Source: a virus
Lineage: Duplodnaviria > Caudoviricetes
IMG/VR virus record: IMGVR_UViG_3300043036_000121
Coordinates: 1-27,736 of that record
Reading direction: 5' to 3' (one strand)
Length of the DNA stretch: 27,736 bases
Part shown: in pieces, positions 16,931 to 26,419 of the stretch
Numbering within the stretch: the stretch's first letter is position 1
Layout of the letters: every line of letters starts with the position of its first letter
Notes under the pieces: model-generated
Databases searched by the model: none
Told to the model about the DNA's origin: nothing
What the model saw: the letters and a program-made list of their open reading frames with translations, nothing else
Made by a program: the position numbers and the translations under genes

Positions 16931-19378
16931 TTATTTTAATGCCTGAATAGCAACAGTAAATACAGTTGAATTAGCTGAGGCAGGGGTTGTTAATAATCTA
17001 ATCGTAGCAGCAGAATAATCTACATCAAATGTAGCACATACACCATTAATATTAGTAGAGCCGTACTCTGTTGAGTTTGCAGTTGTACCGTTATGTATTG
17101 CTAAAATTTCTGTGGTATGGTACTTGGTACCTGTTGCATCTACTGCGCGAATTAAGAATTTAACCGCTCTGTAGATTGTAGCATCTAGTGCTGTAAGCAC
17201 TTGATTTGCTGTGGTAGCAGTAGTTGTTAGTGTAACAGTATCTAATACTAAATTACTATCAATTTGAATTGCACTAGTTAACAATACTTTGCCGGTACCT
17301 TTTGGGCTTAGGGTCAGGTCGATGTTGGTATCAGTTCCTTGAGCTGAAAGTACCGGGGCAGCGGTAGCTATAGCACCTGTTAATTGCAAGTAATTTACAG
17401 CAAGAGCTGTTGGGGCTACGCGTACCTGTAATATGCCTGTGCCTGCATTAGGGTCACCTGAAGCATAAAAGTCCACGTTGCCCGCATTAAGTGCCCCTAT
17501 ACGTACACCTATATTTGTATCCGTGCCACGCGCTATTAATTGCGGAGAGTTTCCTGTAGATGCACCCGATGCCATTAAATAATTAACAGAAGTATTAGTA
17601 CCAGAGGCAAAAAAGGCATTACCACCGGAAGGCGATAATCGCACCGTAGAAGAACTTGCGCTACTTTGACCGCCAATAAAAACAATGCCAGAGCCTTTAG
17701 ACGCAAGACTTAAGTTTATATTTGCATCAGAACCCTGTGTGCTAATTTGAACAGTACCACCAGTAGCCGCACCCGTCACCTGCACATAGTTTACAGCGCT
17801 GGCTGTGTGAGCTATGCGCATTTGATTGGTTTCGCTACTACCGTTTGTATTTAACTCTATACGACCTGTACCATTAGCCCCAATTTTTAAAATACCATTA
17901 GCATTTCCTTGTGGAAATATATTTGCATACCCTATATTGGAAGTAATTGCAACATACGTATCTGCTGCATTGGTAGTATCTCTAAGAATAAGAGCAGGTA
18001 CTAAAGTATTTGGTGTTTGAAAAACAAGCGATGCTGAGGAGGTTCCCGAAACTGTTGATGTTCCAAGACTACGAACAACTACTGCTTCTCCTATTTTTGC
18101 ATACGCAGCAGCACTCCCGCTAGAGAATGTAACCGTGGGTTGCTCAACGTAGCCTGAGCCTGCGTTGGTGATGTTAAAACTTGTACCTACTGCCCATGTA
18201 GCATTTAAGGTTAATCCTGTCCCTGTTCCACCAGTAACGGACACAGGGTTTAAAGGAAGTACCGAGTATGTTCCAAAATTTGGAGAACCCACCGAAGTAA
18301 CCACTCCCCCACTAACTCCTGTAACAACAAAAGTAGCCGCTACAATTGGCGTTCCTCCAACTAACGTAACAACATCATTTAACGTATAGCCTGTGCCTCC
18401 TGCCGCAATAGTTGCTGCGTTAGCAATCATAAAAGCAGGGGTTGCGGTGGCCTGAACACCTCCCGCAGTAGTGGGTGGACTGATGGTTAAAGTTGGAAAT
18501 GCGGTATACGACGCGCCAGACGCAGTCCTAGTAATTGCAGTAACCGTATTACCGTTGCTGATATTGATACCTTGGCTACCCGCAGCAAGGTCAATTGCTC
18601 CTGTGCCTTTGGATTGGAATACCTGACTTACGTTCGTATCCGAACCAACTGCGCCCAATACAAGACCTGCATTTGTTTTTCCGCCATAAGCAATAAAACG
18701 GTTTGCTGAAGTTGATCCATCAGCAGGGCCAGTAATTTGAAATTGGTTGCCTTGTGCACCAGTAAAAACGTGACTCGAAAAAGTGCCTTTGCTGGAGTAG
18801 TTTAGATTAACACCAGCGTCACTACCTTGAGCAGAAATAACCGGTGCTACGCCAGTAGCAGCCCCCGTCACTTGGACGTAGTTCACAGCGGAAGATGTGT
18901 GGGCAATATTAAACTGGATATTAGCTGCTGAACTTCCGGTGCCAAAAGTATACGCTCCAGTACCTTTTGCCCTAAAAGCCAGGCCAGCATTTGCCCCAGT
19001 TCCGCCAGAAGCAATTAAAGGGTTTCCTGATCCAAACGTACCAAAAATATCAACGTAATTATTGCTTCCAACACTTCCGCCGGATGTGTTAACGCGCAAA
19101 GATTCAACAGCTGAAGCACCACCCAAACTTGTCTGACCTGTGGCAGTTAGCGTGGTAAACACGGCAGCAGCAGGAGTTGTGGCACCAATATCACCCGGAC
19201 TGGACAAGTCAACAGTACCACCACTACCACCACCAATACTAGCAATTGTAGTACCGTCCGATTTTTTGTAATAAAGAAGCCCATCAGCATAGTTTAATGC
19301 TAATTCTCCAAACTCCAAATCTCCTGCTACTGGCACACGCGCAGCAACAGAGGATTTTTTAAGAATTACTTGTGCCAT
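16931..19378 (-). CDS. Tail fibre protein (815 aa)
   Basis: N-terminal ILKKS.VA..VP...L..GELALNYADG.LYYK anchor (Mtd_N-like). About 5-6 repeats of AVNY.Q.TGAATG..P.ISAQG.D.N. C-terminal YRAVKF...YHTTEI...HNGT...EYG domain. Confidence 0.85.
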   Translation of the reverse strand: MAQVILKKSSVAARVPVAGDLEFGELALNYADGLLYYKKSDGTTIASIGGGSGGTVDLSSPGDIGATTPAAAVFTTLTATGQTSLGGASAVESLRVNTSGGSVGSNNYVDIFGTFGSGNPLIASGGTGANAGLAFRAKGTGAYTFGTGSSAANIQFNIAHTSSAVNYVQVTGAATGVAPVISAQGSDAGVNLNYSSKGTFSSHVFTGAQGNQFQITGPADGSTSANRFIAYGGKTNAGLVLGAVGSDTNVSQVFQSKGTGAIDLAAGSQGINISNGNTVTAITRTASGASYTAFPTLTISPPTTAGGVQATATPAFMIANAATIAAGGTGYTLNDVVTLVGGTPIVAATFVVTGVSGGVVTSVGSPNFGTYSVLPLNPVSVTGGTGTGLTLNATWAVGTSFNITNAGSGYVEQPTVTFSSGSAAAYAKIGEAVVVRSLGTSTVSGTSSASLVFQTPNTLVPALILRDTTNAADTYVAITSNIGYANIFPQGNANGILKIGANGTGRIELNTNGSSETNQMRIAHTASAVNYVQVTGAATGGTVQISTQGSDANINLSLASKGSGIVFIGGQSSASSSTVRLSPSGGNAFFASGTNTSVNYLMASGASTGNSPQLIARGTDTNIGVRIGALNAGNVDFYASGDPNAGTGILQVRVAPTALAVNYLQLTGAIATAAPVLSAQGTDTNIDLTLSPKGTGKVLLTSAIQIDSNLVLDTVTLTTTATTANQVLTALDATIYRAVKFLIRAVDATGTKYHTTEILAIHNGTTANSTEYGSTNINGVCATFDVDYSAATIRLLTTPASANSTVFTVAIQALK

Positions 19379-19417
19379 ATAGGCTCCTAAAAAGGTTACC
19401 CAACTATAGAGCTGGGA

Positions 19418-20767
19418 TTAATATGTTCCGCCATCCACGGCTTTGATACTTACTACACCAGCAGTAACTGTGAAATCTGAGGTAGTAAATGATGCAAGAC
19501 CTAGTGCAGAGTTTGTAGCTGCTGCTAAGATTACAGAACCTGCTGCTGTAATTAGACCCTTAGCATTTACCGTGAAAGTTGGGATACTTGTGCCGTCTCC
19601 GAAACTACCTACGTTTGCGTTAACTGTGGCTAGAGTAAGCGCTGCTGACACTGCGGCACTTCCATCCACTGAGGATAGTGTTGCAGTAGCATCGCCGGTT
19701 AAACTTAAGTTGCGAGCTGTTGTCCATTTAGCAGAACTAGTAGCTGTATCAGCATTACCTTTTAGGGCACCATATACATTAGCTACGTTTAAATCTTTGT
19801 TTAAGTTCCAGCGGTCATCAGCATTTGTGTATGTTAGAGTAGCTGCGGAACCATTAACAGTTAAACCCGCACCATTAGCTTGTGCTGCATTTGCAGCATC
19901 TTTAGCAAGTGTAAGATTTACATCACTAATAGCAACCGCTGTTGAATTAACTGTAGTTGTAGTACCTTGTACAGTTAAGTTACCTGTAATTGTTGCATTA
20001 CCAGATACATTAATGTTTGTGCTAGTAATGTCATCGCTGGACAAGGTGCCGTTAACTGTTACATTGTTAAAAGCAACATTAGCCGTAGTAGCTACATCTT
20101 GACCAATAGCAAAACTTACTTGATTGTTTGTAACCGTAGTTGCAACACCGGTTCCGCCAGCAAACGTTAGTGTATCAGTTAACAAACTAACTGTGTCAGT
20201 ACCGGTACCACCAACAATGCTTAACGAGCTAGAAATTGATGCGGTTGTTATAGAAGTTACTAAACCTTTACCATTAACCGTTATAACAGGAATTTCTGTT
20301 GTGGAGCCAAAGCTACCTACGTTAGTGTTAACTGTTGCTAAGGTAAGTGCAGCACTTACTGCTGCACTTCCGTCTACTGCAGTTAGAGTAGCGGTGGCAT
20401 CACCAGTTAAACTTAAGTTGCGTGCAGTAGCCCAGGCTGTAGCGGTTAGTGCGTTACCTGTAAGTGGGCCAACAAAGCTGGTTGCAGTAACGGTTCCAGC
20501 AGTAAAATTACCGCTAGCGTCACGTTTTACTATTGTAAGCGCGGTATTACTTGCAGTAGCTGCCGAAACCATATCGGTAAAATATTTACCGCCAATAACT
20601 ACGTGATTTACAGCATTTCCGCTTGTTTCAATACCTGTACCGATGTATAGGCGATCACCACCATTACTTCCGTTGTCCGTTAAGGCTGAGTAGGCTAACT
20701 CGCCTGCGCCTAAAGTACTGGGATTACCAGCTACTTCAGATCTTTTTATCTTTATACTTGAAGACAT
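19418..20767 (-). CDS. Tail fibre shaft protein (449 aa) with internal duplication
   Basis: IKIKRS...P..L..GELAYS anchor. Two copies of W.TARNLSLTGDATATL..VDGSAAVSAALTLATVN.NVGSFG. Ends in DGGTY. Confidence 0.85.
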   Translation of the reverse strand: MSSSIKIKRSEVAGNPSTLGAGELAYSALTDNGSNGGDRLYIGTGIETSGNAVNHVVIGGKYFTDMVSAATASNTALTIVKRDASGNFTAGTVTATSFVGPLTGNALTATAWATARNLSLTGDATATLTAVDGSAAVSAALTLATVNTNVGSFGSTTEIPVITVNGKGLVTSITTASISSSLSIVGGTGTDTVSLLTDTLTFAGGTGVATTVTNNQVSFAIGQDVATTANVAFNNVTVNGTLSSDDITSTNINVSGNATITGNLTVQGTTTTVNSTAVAISDVNLTLAKDAANAAQANGAGLTVNGSAATLTYTNADDRWNLNKDLNVANVYGALKGNADTATSSAKWTTARNLSLTGDATATLSSVDGSAAVSAALTLATVNANVGSFGDGTSIPTFTVNAKGLITAAGSVILAAATNSALGLASFTTSDFTVTAGVVSIKAVDGGTY

Positions 20768-20776
20768 ATTTTATCC

Positions 20777-21064
20777 TTAATACTGACCGCAATCAAGGGC
20801 CTGTTTTACTAAAGTATTGGTGGCTGCCCAAACTTGATTGTATGCGTCATATACTAATACTGACCCGTCATTTAACTGGTCTAAGCTAACGTCTGTTAGT
20901 TCCGAAATATTAGTTGAGGAACTAATACCAGCTATACCTTGTGGGCCTTGAGCTGCAGATATAATAGGCTCATTAACCGTAGTTTCATAAGCAACTATAT
21001 TAGTAGTATCATTAGTAACGGTTTGTACAACATTAACACTAACTACTATATTATCTGTGCTCAT
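20777..21064 (-). CDS. Short fibre-connector protein
   Basis: QGPQG mini-collagen, LTDV....L.DGSVLVYD....W motif, ends in DCGQY (like DGGTY). Confidence 0.72.
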   Translation of the reverse strand: MSTDNIVVSVNVVQTVTNDTTNIVAYETTVNEPIISAAQGPQGIAGISSSTNISELTDVSLDQLNDGSVLVYDAYNQVWAATNTLVKQALDCGQY

Positions 21065-21651
21065 CTAGTTACCTCTTTAATTAAACTAAAGGAGCCTGCA
21101 CAGAAGGGTGTAACTTGTCCGCCGCTTGATACCATTTCTAAGCTATATACTGCAGTAGAAAAATTATAAGCAGCTGTTGTAGCAGCAGGTATTGTAAGAG
21201 TAATAGTTTTGTTAATATTACTGATATTAATTAAGCCGTTTTCAGAAGTTAATTCTTGGATAACTGCTGTATCATTTAAACTAGCTCGAATCTGCATGCG
21301 AGCACTAAATCCGGTTAAGTCAGTTGGCATATTGTATTCTACAATACCGCCGCTGGTATATTCTTTAAACCCTAAGCTATTTACACCGTTAATGGTAATT
21401 GTGTCATTAGTAACACTAGTAGCTTGGTAGTAATTTTCACTACTGTTAAGATCAGTCATTCCACTAATATTTGTAAACTTAACACGCCATTCTTGGGGCA
21501 CATTATGGCTGGGTGCAGTTACTACTAACGGAGCTGATTTAGTTATTCCGGTAATTGGTATATACACCTTTGTGGAGGTTTCCCAGCGCAGTACTTCATT
21601 AAAGGTACTGCCCTGATATATTCTAAAGTTAATTCTAGCTGGAGTACTCAT
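21061..21651 (-). CDS. Baseplate/fibre-attachment protein (BppU-like N-domain with an inserted beta domain)
   Basis: IYQGSTF...DLTGFSARMQIR...ITLTIPAATT...AVYSLEM...EVTR, interrupted by an ITGITKSAP.VVTAPSH...Y.SGG insert. Confidence 0.7.
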   Translation of the reverse strand: MSTPARINFRIYQGSTFNEVLRWETSTKVYIPITGITKSAPLVVTAPSHNVPQEWRVKFTNISGMTDLNSSENYYQATSVTNDTITINGVNSLGFKEYTSGGIVEYNMPTDLTGFSARMQIRASLNDTAVIQELTSENGLINISNINKTITLTIPAATTAAYNFSTAVYSLEMVSSGGQVTPFCAGSFSLIKEVTR

Positions 21652-21986
21652 TGGACTTCCTTTTTCAATATAGTTTGAAGTCTAGCTACTTCACCTGTTA
21701 GTGCTACAACTTCGGTATGTAGTCTTTGGTTTTCTAGATTAAGTTTATGCAATTCGCGATTTAGGGTCACAATCTCTATTTGAAGCTTATTTAGCTCTGT
21801 CGCTAAGATCGTATTTTGTTTACCCATGCGCTCTAGTTCTTCGTGCACTATACTTATAAGGGAACCTTCTGTTGCGGTAGATTTCCAGCTGTTATATAGC
21901 TTTTGCAAGCCTAAACCAACTGGTACTAGTCCGAGAAGTACTCCAGTAATAATTTGGCCGATTGTCATTGAATCGATCTGTTCCAT
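21648..21986 (-). CDS. Single-TM coiled-coil protein
   Basis: N-terminal TM (IITGVLLGLVPVGLGL) and Leu heptads. SD AAGGA. First gene after the promoter at 22094-22122. Confidence 0.78.
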   Translation of the reverse strand: MEQIDSMTIGQIITGVLLGLVPVGLGLQKLYNSWKSTATEGSLISIVHEELERMGKQNTILATELNKLQIEIVTLNRELHKLNLENQRLHTEVVALTGEVARLQTILKKEVQ

Positions 21987-22093
21987 ATATATCCTTTATT
22001 ACTAAGACTAGTTAAGAGTATTTATTACCGTGTTTTATTGTCCTAGGTATTTTTGTTAATAGCAAATCGAAATTGCTCTTATAATTCTGTTCT

Positions 22094-22122
22094 ATTATAA
22101 CACAAAGGCTCAGCAGATACAA
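22094..22122 (-). promoter_or_regulatory. Sigma70-type promoter for the fibre operon
   Basis: The - strand reads TTGTAT-17bp-TATAAT with extended -10 TG, directly after a terminator. Confidence 0.75.
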
Positions 22123-22125
22123 GAC

Positions 22126-22167
22126 AAAAAAATATCCCGCCCCTATTTCTAGAGACGGGATATTTTT
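22126..22167 (-). terminator. Intrinsic terminator
   Basis: The - strand reads ATATCCCGTCTCTA-GAAA-TAGGGGCGGGATAT plus a T-tract (GNRA loop, G-U pairs). Confidence 0.9.
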
Positions 22168-23215
22168 AAATTTCTTCGATTTCTATCATACTAGAATACA
22201 TCGAATACATTGGATGTGTTAGATCTGGCACTTGTGTTAGTTTTCCGTAGATTTGGAAAGTTTGTTCCTTATCGTAATCTTCACTAGCGTCTGGAAATAG
22301 ACTAATTAATAAAGGTTTATTAATTCCGTTAGCTTTGATGATTTTGGTAAATACTGCGCGATCTGCTGGAGTTAACCAAGTTAAATCAAAATTCATTGAG
22401 TTATATTGAATACCGCGATTTGTTACTAAGTCACCGGACTCAGTACGCATACTAGAACTCAGCGATTTAGGTGCACTTGTTAGACCAAAACTAGTGTTGT
22501 GTGTTGGCGACCAGTAGTCGCCTATGATTAATCGCGAGGCTTCTATGTATCCTGCTGTGTTATTAGTATCCGTAATAGTAATTGTTAACCCAGCACAAGG
22601 TAGCGCACTAGGAAACCATGCACGAGCATACGTTCCCGACCCATAAGCATAACTATTTGCACCTGTAGGTAAATAACTAGTATCCCAGCTATCTGTTTGA
22701 GCATAAGGACAGGCCAATACCGTTCCAGTTGTATACACGCTACCACCAGTTAAAGTTACATTTATTGTTGCGGTTGAAGTTAAGTTAGTAAAAGGTAAAA
22801 CAACACCACGTACTGTTTTAGAAATATTAAAGTTAACTGTAAGTGTAGCAGTAGTTCCCGTAGATCTCCAAACTAACGATTTGCTGTCTTTTTGAAGATT
22901 AGCTGTGGGAACGGTAGTTAGAGTGCCGATAAAAGTTTTAACTGTCCAAGTTCCTACTGATTGGTTTAGGGTCCAAGTTGTTCCAGAGCCACTTACAATA
23001 TAAATATTAGCAGGTATTATTCCTGTTTGGCTACAAGTTAAATACATGCCAACTGCTATAGTACCAGAAGTAACTGTACTAATTTGTAAAGTAGTATTAC
23101 TAAGAGTTGCTGTAAAATTAGCTACACCAGAATTAGTAGTAGTTGATGCAATAATATTAGTTTGACTAAGGTCTGTTATATTTTGATAGATTACTCGTAA
23201 ATTATTTACTGCCAT
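22166..23215 (-). CDS. Tail tip / distal-tail-like structural protein
   Basis: Start moved to MAVNN (23215) after SD AGGAG. VWRST, GYIEASRLIIGDYWSP..N..FG, RTESGDL, and a terminal IEEI. Confidence 0.72.
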   Translation of the reverse strand: MAVNNLRVIYQNITDLSQTNIIASTTTNSGVANFTATLSNTTLQISTVTSGTIAVGMYLTCSQTGIIPANIYIVSGSGTTWTLNQSVGTWTVKTFIGTLTTVPTANLQKDSKSLVWRSTGTTATLTVNFNISKTVRGVVLPFTNLTSTATINVTLTGGSVYTTGTVLACPYAQTDSWDTSYLPTGANSYAYGSGTYARAWFPSALPCAGLTITITDTNNTAGYIEASRLIIGDYWSPTHNTSFGLTSAPKSLSSSMRTESGDLVTNRGIQYNSMNFDLTWLTPADRAVFTKIIKANGINKPLLISLFPDASEDYDKEQTFQIYGKLTQVPDLTHPMYSMYSSMIEIEEI

Positions 23216-23216
23216 A

Positions 23217-23693
23217 TTATGCTCCTGGTGCAGTTGGCCACACAATATTATATGGATCAGACTGATTTGTTATATCTCGTAATGCTTGACGATATATCGC
23301 CCAGGCTTCTTTTGTAGTAAACTGTACGTCAGGTAATTGAGTCCAGTCTGATGCTTTAAGAAGTACTTCTCTGTTAAGACGTACTTCTTGCCACATTTGT
23401 TCTTGGGTACGAGTATCCTGCCAAGTATTAGTTATGTAATCAAACTCGTATGTTGGGCCAGGACTAGAAGGAATTTCTGTTAAAACTCCTGATTCAAGAT
23501 AATAGCTTTTATCAGGTTGAGTAACGCTCCAGTCCAAGGCAAATACTAAGTTTAGTACATCTGTTTGGTTATCGGGATTGATACTGTCTAATACTAAGCC
23601 TAACATTCTAGGATTGTCGGTATCATTTACTGATACTTTTAGTAGTGCAATACTTTTAGCAATGTTTATTTCAAAGTGTGTTATAGTTATCAT
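23217..23693 (-). CDS. Tail fibre assembly chaperone
   Basis: C-terminal R..LL.ASDWTQLPD......W..YRQALRDIT.Q..P....WP..P. Confidence 0.85.
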   Translation of the reverse strand: MITITHFEINIAKSIALLKVSVNDTDNPRMLGLVLDSINPDNQTDVLNLVFALDWSVTQPDKSYYLESGVLTEIPSSPGPTYEFDYITNTWQDTRTQEQMWQEVRLNREVLLKASDWTQLPDVQFTTKEAWAIYRQALRDITNQSDPYNIVWPTAPGA

Positions 23694-26419
23694 GTAACAG
23701 CAATCCCTTGTCTAGTTAAAGCAGATTTAAGTGTATCAAAAGCAGTTTGTAATACTACGGTATTTGGGTCAAAAAATTCTACGATAGCATAACCATTAGT
23801 ACCTGCGGCACCAATTGTACCATTATTCCCCATTTGACTACCTTGATAAGTGGTAAAGTAATAATTACCTCCCCCGCCCCCGCCAGCCCCATATCCGCTA
23901 CCAACCAAAGCTCTATAACCTGTTGCAGCAGAGCCGCCTAGGCCACCAGTACCAAATCTAGAGTTTCCTCCTTTTGCACCAGGAGCGCCGAAACCTCCAC
24001 CACCTTCACCATCTGACACCCAGTAGTATAGTCCACCTGCTGTTGCATAAGAGTTACCGGCAGCTCCGCCATGTAGTCCACCTGCTTGATTTGCTGGACC
24101 AGAACTAGAGCCACCACCACCACCTGGTGCGGATAACATAACTGAAGTGCCTTGACGTAATTGGGTAGCTCCTCCGTCTGTTGCTGGCCCGCCATATGCA
24201 TATACACCATCTGCAGGTGTACCTGCATTACCGCCTATACCTATTACTATGTTAAATGTTGCCCCAACACTTAAACCTGAGTATAGTTGAGTTATCATAC
24301 CACCACCGCCACCACCACCGCCAGTAGTAGGCCAAATATACCTATTATCCCCACCCCCTCCACCGCCGCCGGCTCCTATTAAGGTAACACGCATTGAAGT
24401 TTTACCTGCAGGCACAACAATACTAGCAGCATTAGTGGTATAAGTATAACTTATACCAGCAAAAGTTGTTAAATCAAGAACACCTGCTCTTAGTGTGCCA
24501 GCAAACTCACCCGTTGCACCGCTTAGTGCACCTGTAAAAGTTCCGGTTGCGGCACTAAGAGCTCCTGCAAATATGGTTCCAGTTGATAAAGTACCTGCTG
24601 TTATTATACCCATATCAGCACTAATAGCTTGTAAATTAGCTACTTTTAGATTACTTAAATAAGGTGCTCCCCAACTAATACTTGTTGCTGCAGTAAGATC
24701 GCCGGGTGTTCCCGTTAAAATACCGTCTGACTGGTACATGTATTGACTAACACCACCCGTACTAGTAAGCGTACTTGTAGCAATAAAACTCCAGCCGGTT
24801 GGGGCTGCGTCCCCTACAGCTGCGGTTGGGGCGGCCGGGGCAGTTCCACTTGTTGTTACGATATAACAAGTGCGATAAGACTGTCCACGAGGACCAATTG
24901 AACCATCTACTTTATAGCCAATTGTATTCGTTGCTACAGCACTAGAGTTCCAATCAACCGTGGTTGTAAGTGCGGTTGCCACGTCTTTGATAGGTAAACT
25001 TAGTTGGTAAAGTGTATATCCTACGCCCGGAGCTGCAGGAGCATAACTTGTGTACCCTGATGGGTAAGTATCAACTAATGCAGTGTTCCAGGTATACGAA
25101 CCAGTAGCAACTCGTGCAGGAGCACTACCAGTGTTACTCCAAGCATACGCAGTTACTGTAGCATATTTTGTTGCTTCTGCTACACCATACTTACCTACAC
25201 TAATATAATCAATAGCTACTTGAGAAGCAGTATCTTGTATAAAGTCAAAACGTAGTTGACTAATATTACCGCCAGTTAAATACTCAGTTCCACCAACAGT
25301 AAGTGTACGCATATCTAAGTTTATGGTAGTCCAAACTCCCATAACTGGTTGTGGTATAACCTTATAATAGCTTGCACTTTCATTATGAGCAGGGTTAACA
25401 TAGTTTATGTACCCTTCCCAATTGCCGCTTATAAACTTAACTCGCATACTAATAATATAACTATTAGTGGGCACTAAGTTAAGCCCAGTTAAACGTAAAT
25501 TTTGGTCAACCACTGTATTTTGGATAGTAGTAGTTGTTCCGTTATCTAAATCGGTTTTAGTACCTGGATAAGTTACTCCGGTAGGTAGTGTGGTACCAGT
25601 AAAATCATAGTTAGCAATTGGGTATAAATTAGCACCATCAGCACCAATAGTGCCATTAGCAACTTTGTTATAAACAATTTGTCTACCAATAGTAGGGGAT
25701 ACGGCCACACCACTAGCGTCATACACTGTTATAATAAAAGCAACTTTTGCACCATCTGTTGAAAGTGCGGTAATACCATTAAATGTCCAACTAGTAGCGG
25801 CAATAGTTGGTGTAGCATTGGCGGTTCTGCCTGCTGCCTGTGTAGTATCTATTGATACACTAAAACTATTTTGTGCGGCTACATCACTATAGCTTAAAGC
25901 AACACCTCCACGAGATACAGTAATAGTAGTATCAGTATTAGCAAAAGACGCAATATTGCCTGACGAATCTGAACTTAGTACAGCGTTTGTACGAGTTAAA
26001 CTTACGTTAATAGCTTCACTGGGTTCTAGAGTATAAAGAATTGTAAAGTATCCATATGCGGTATCAAGTAACGGCTCAGTAACGGTACAGCGATACTGAA
26101 TTTGGCTTGATGTACCTACTGCAGATTTAAAGGCTGCACTAGTAACAATCTGAGTAGTACCCGTGCCTAGAAGTTCCCACGTAGTAGGTGTAGCACTTAG
26201 TGCATAGTGCCATGTGTATATAGCAGCCGCAGTATACACATTGTTAGCTGCAGCTATTAGAGTTATACTAGTAGCTGCAGTACCTACTGCAAGAGTACTG
26301 CCACCATTTTTTGCGGTTTTAAATTCTCCTGACGTAGAAGTAATTGAAACGGAGGTTTGTTTTGATCTATAGATAGCGGCTTGTAGCGCTTTATCTCTAT
26401 CGTTTAAAAGAGTTGACAT
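23690..26419 (-). CDS. Tail tip/central fibre protein (909 aa) with putative carbohydrate-binding-like insert and Gly-rich tip
   Basis: W..PYLSNLKV..L.AISADMG.ITAG host-specificity-type segment, Gly-rich C-terminal domain (VTLIGAGGGGGG...GYAIVEF), followed by a chaperone gene. Confidence 0.8.
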   Translation of the reverse strand: MSTLLNDRDKALQAAIYRSKQTSVSITSTSGEFKTAKNGGSTLAVGTAATSITLIAAANNVYTAAAIYTWHYALSATPTTWELLGTGTTQIVTSAAFKSAVGTSSQIQYRCTVTEPLLDTAYGYFTILYTLEPSEAINVSLTRTNAVLSSDSSGNIASFANTDTTITVSRGGVALSYSDVAAQNSFSVSIDTTQAAGRTANATPTIAATSWTFNGITALSTDGAKVAFIITVYDASGVAVSPTIGRQIVYNKVANGTIGADGANLYPIANYDFTGTTLPTGVTYPGTKTDLDNGTTTTIQNTVVDQNLRLTGLNLVPTNSYIISMRVKFISGNWEGYINYVNPAHNESASYYKVIPQPVMGVWTTINLDMRTLTVGGTEYLTGGNISQLRFDFIQDTASQVAIDYISVGKYGVAEATKYATVTAYAWSNTGSAPARVATGSYTWNTALVDTYPSGYTSYAPAAPGVGYTLYQLSLPIKDVATALTTTVDWNSSAVATNTIGYKVDGSIGPRGQSYRTCYIVTTSGTAPAAPTAAVGDAAPTGWSFIATSTLTSTGGVSQYMYQSDGILTGTPGDLTAATSISWGAPYLSNLKVANLQAISADMGIITAGTLSTGTIFAGALSAATGTFTGALSGATGEFAGTLRAGVLDLTTFAGISYTYTTNAASIVVPAGKTSMRVTLIGAGGGGGGGDNRYIWPTTGGGGGGGGMITQLYSGLSVGATFNIVIGIGGNAGTPADGVYAYGGPATDGGATQLRQGTSVMLSAPGGGGGSSSGPANQAGGLHGGAAGNSYATAGGLYYWVSDGEGGGGFGAPGAKGGNSRFGTGGLGGSAATGYRALVGSGYGAGGGGGGNYYFTTYQGSQMGNNGTIGAAGTNGYAIVEFFDPNTVVLQTAFDTLKSALTRQGIAVT

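Noticed and set aside
19379-19417. Small hairpin CCCAGCT-ctat-AGTTGGG between fibre genes as a terminator
   Set aside because: Short stem with the T-tract displaced by 5 nt; too weak to call.
13795-20767. Duplicated segments and Mtd_N-like anchors as a diversity-generating retroelement
   Set aside because: No reverse transcriptase in the window, both copies are in-frame coding, and the differences do not appear adenine-specific.
11449-21430. Many + strand ORFs rich in V/P/A/T (e.g. 19443-20102, 20124-20606, 13530-13928)
   Set aside because: Antisense mirrors of G/T/A-rich fibre codons, with no independent evidence of expression.
23216-23245. ORF-track start at 23245
   Set aside because: It overlaps the upstream gene; SD AGGAG supports ATG 23215.
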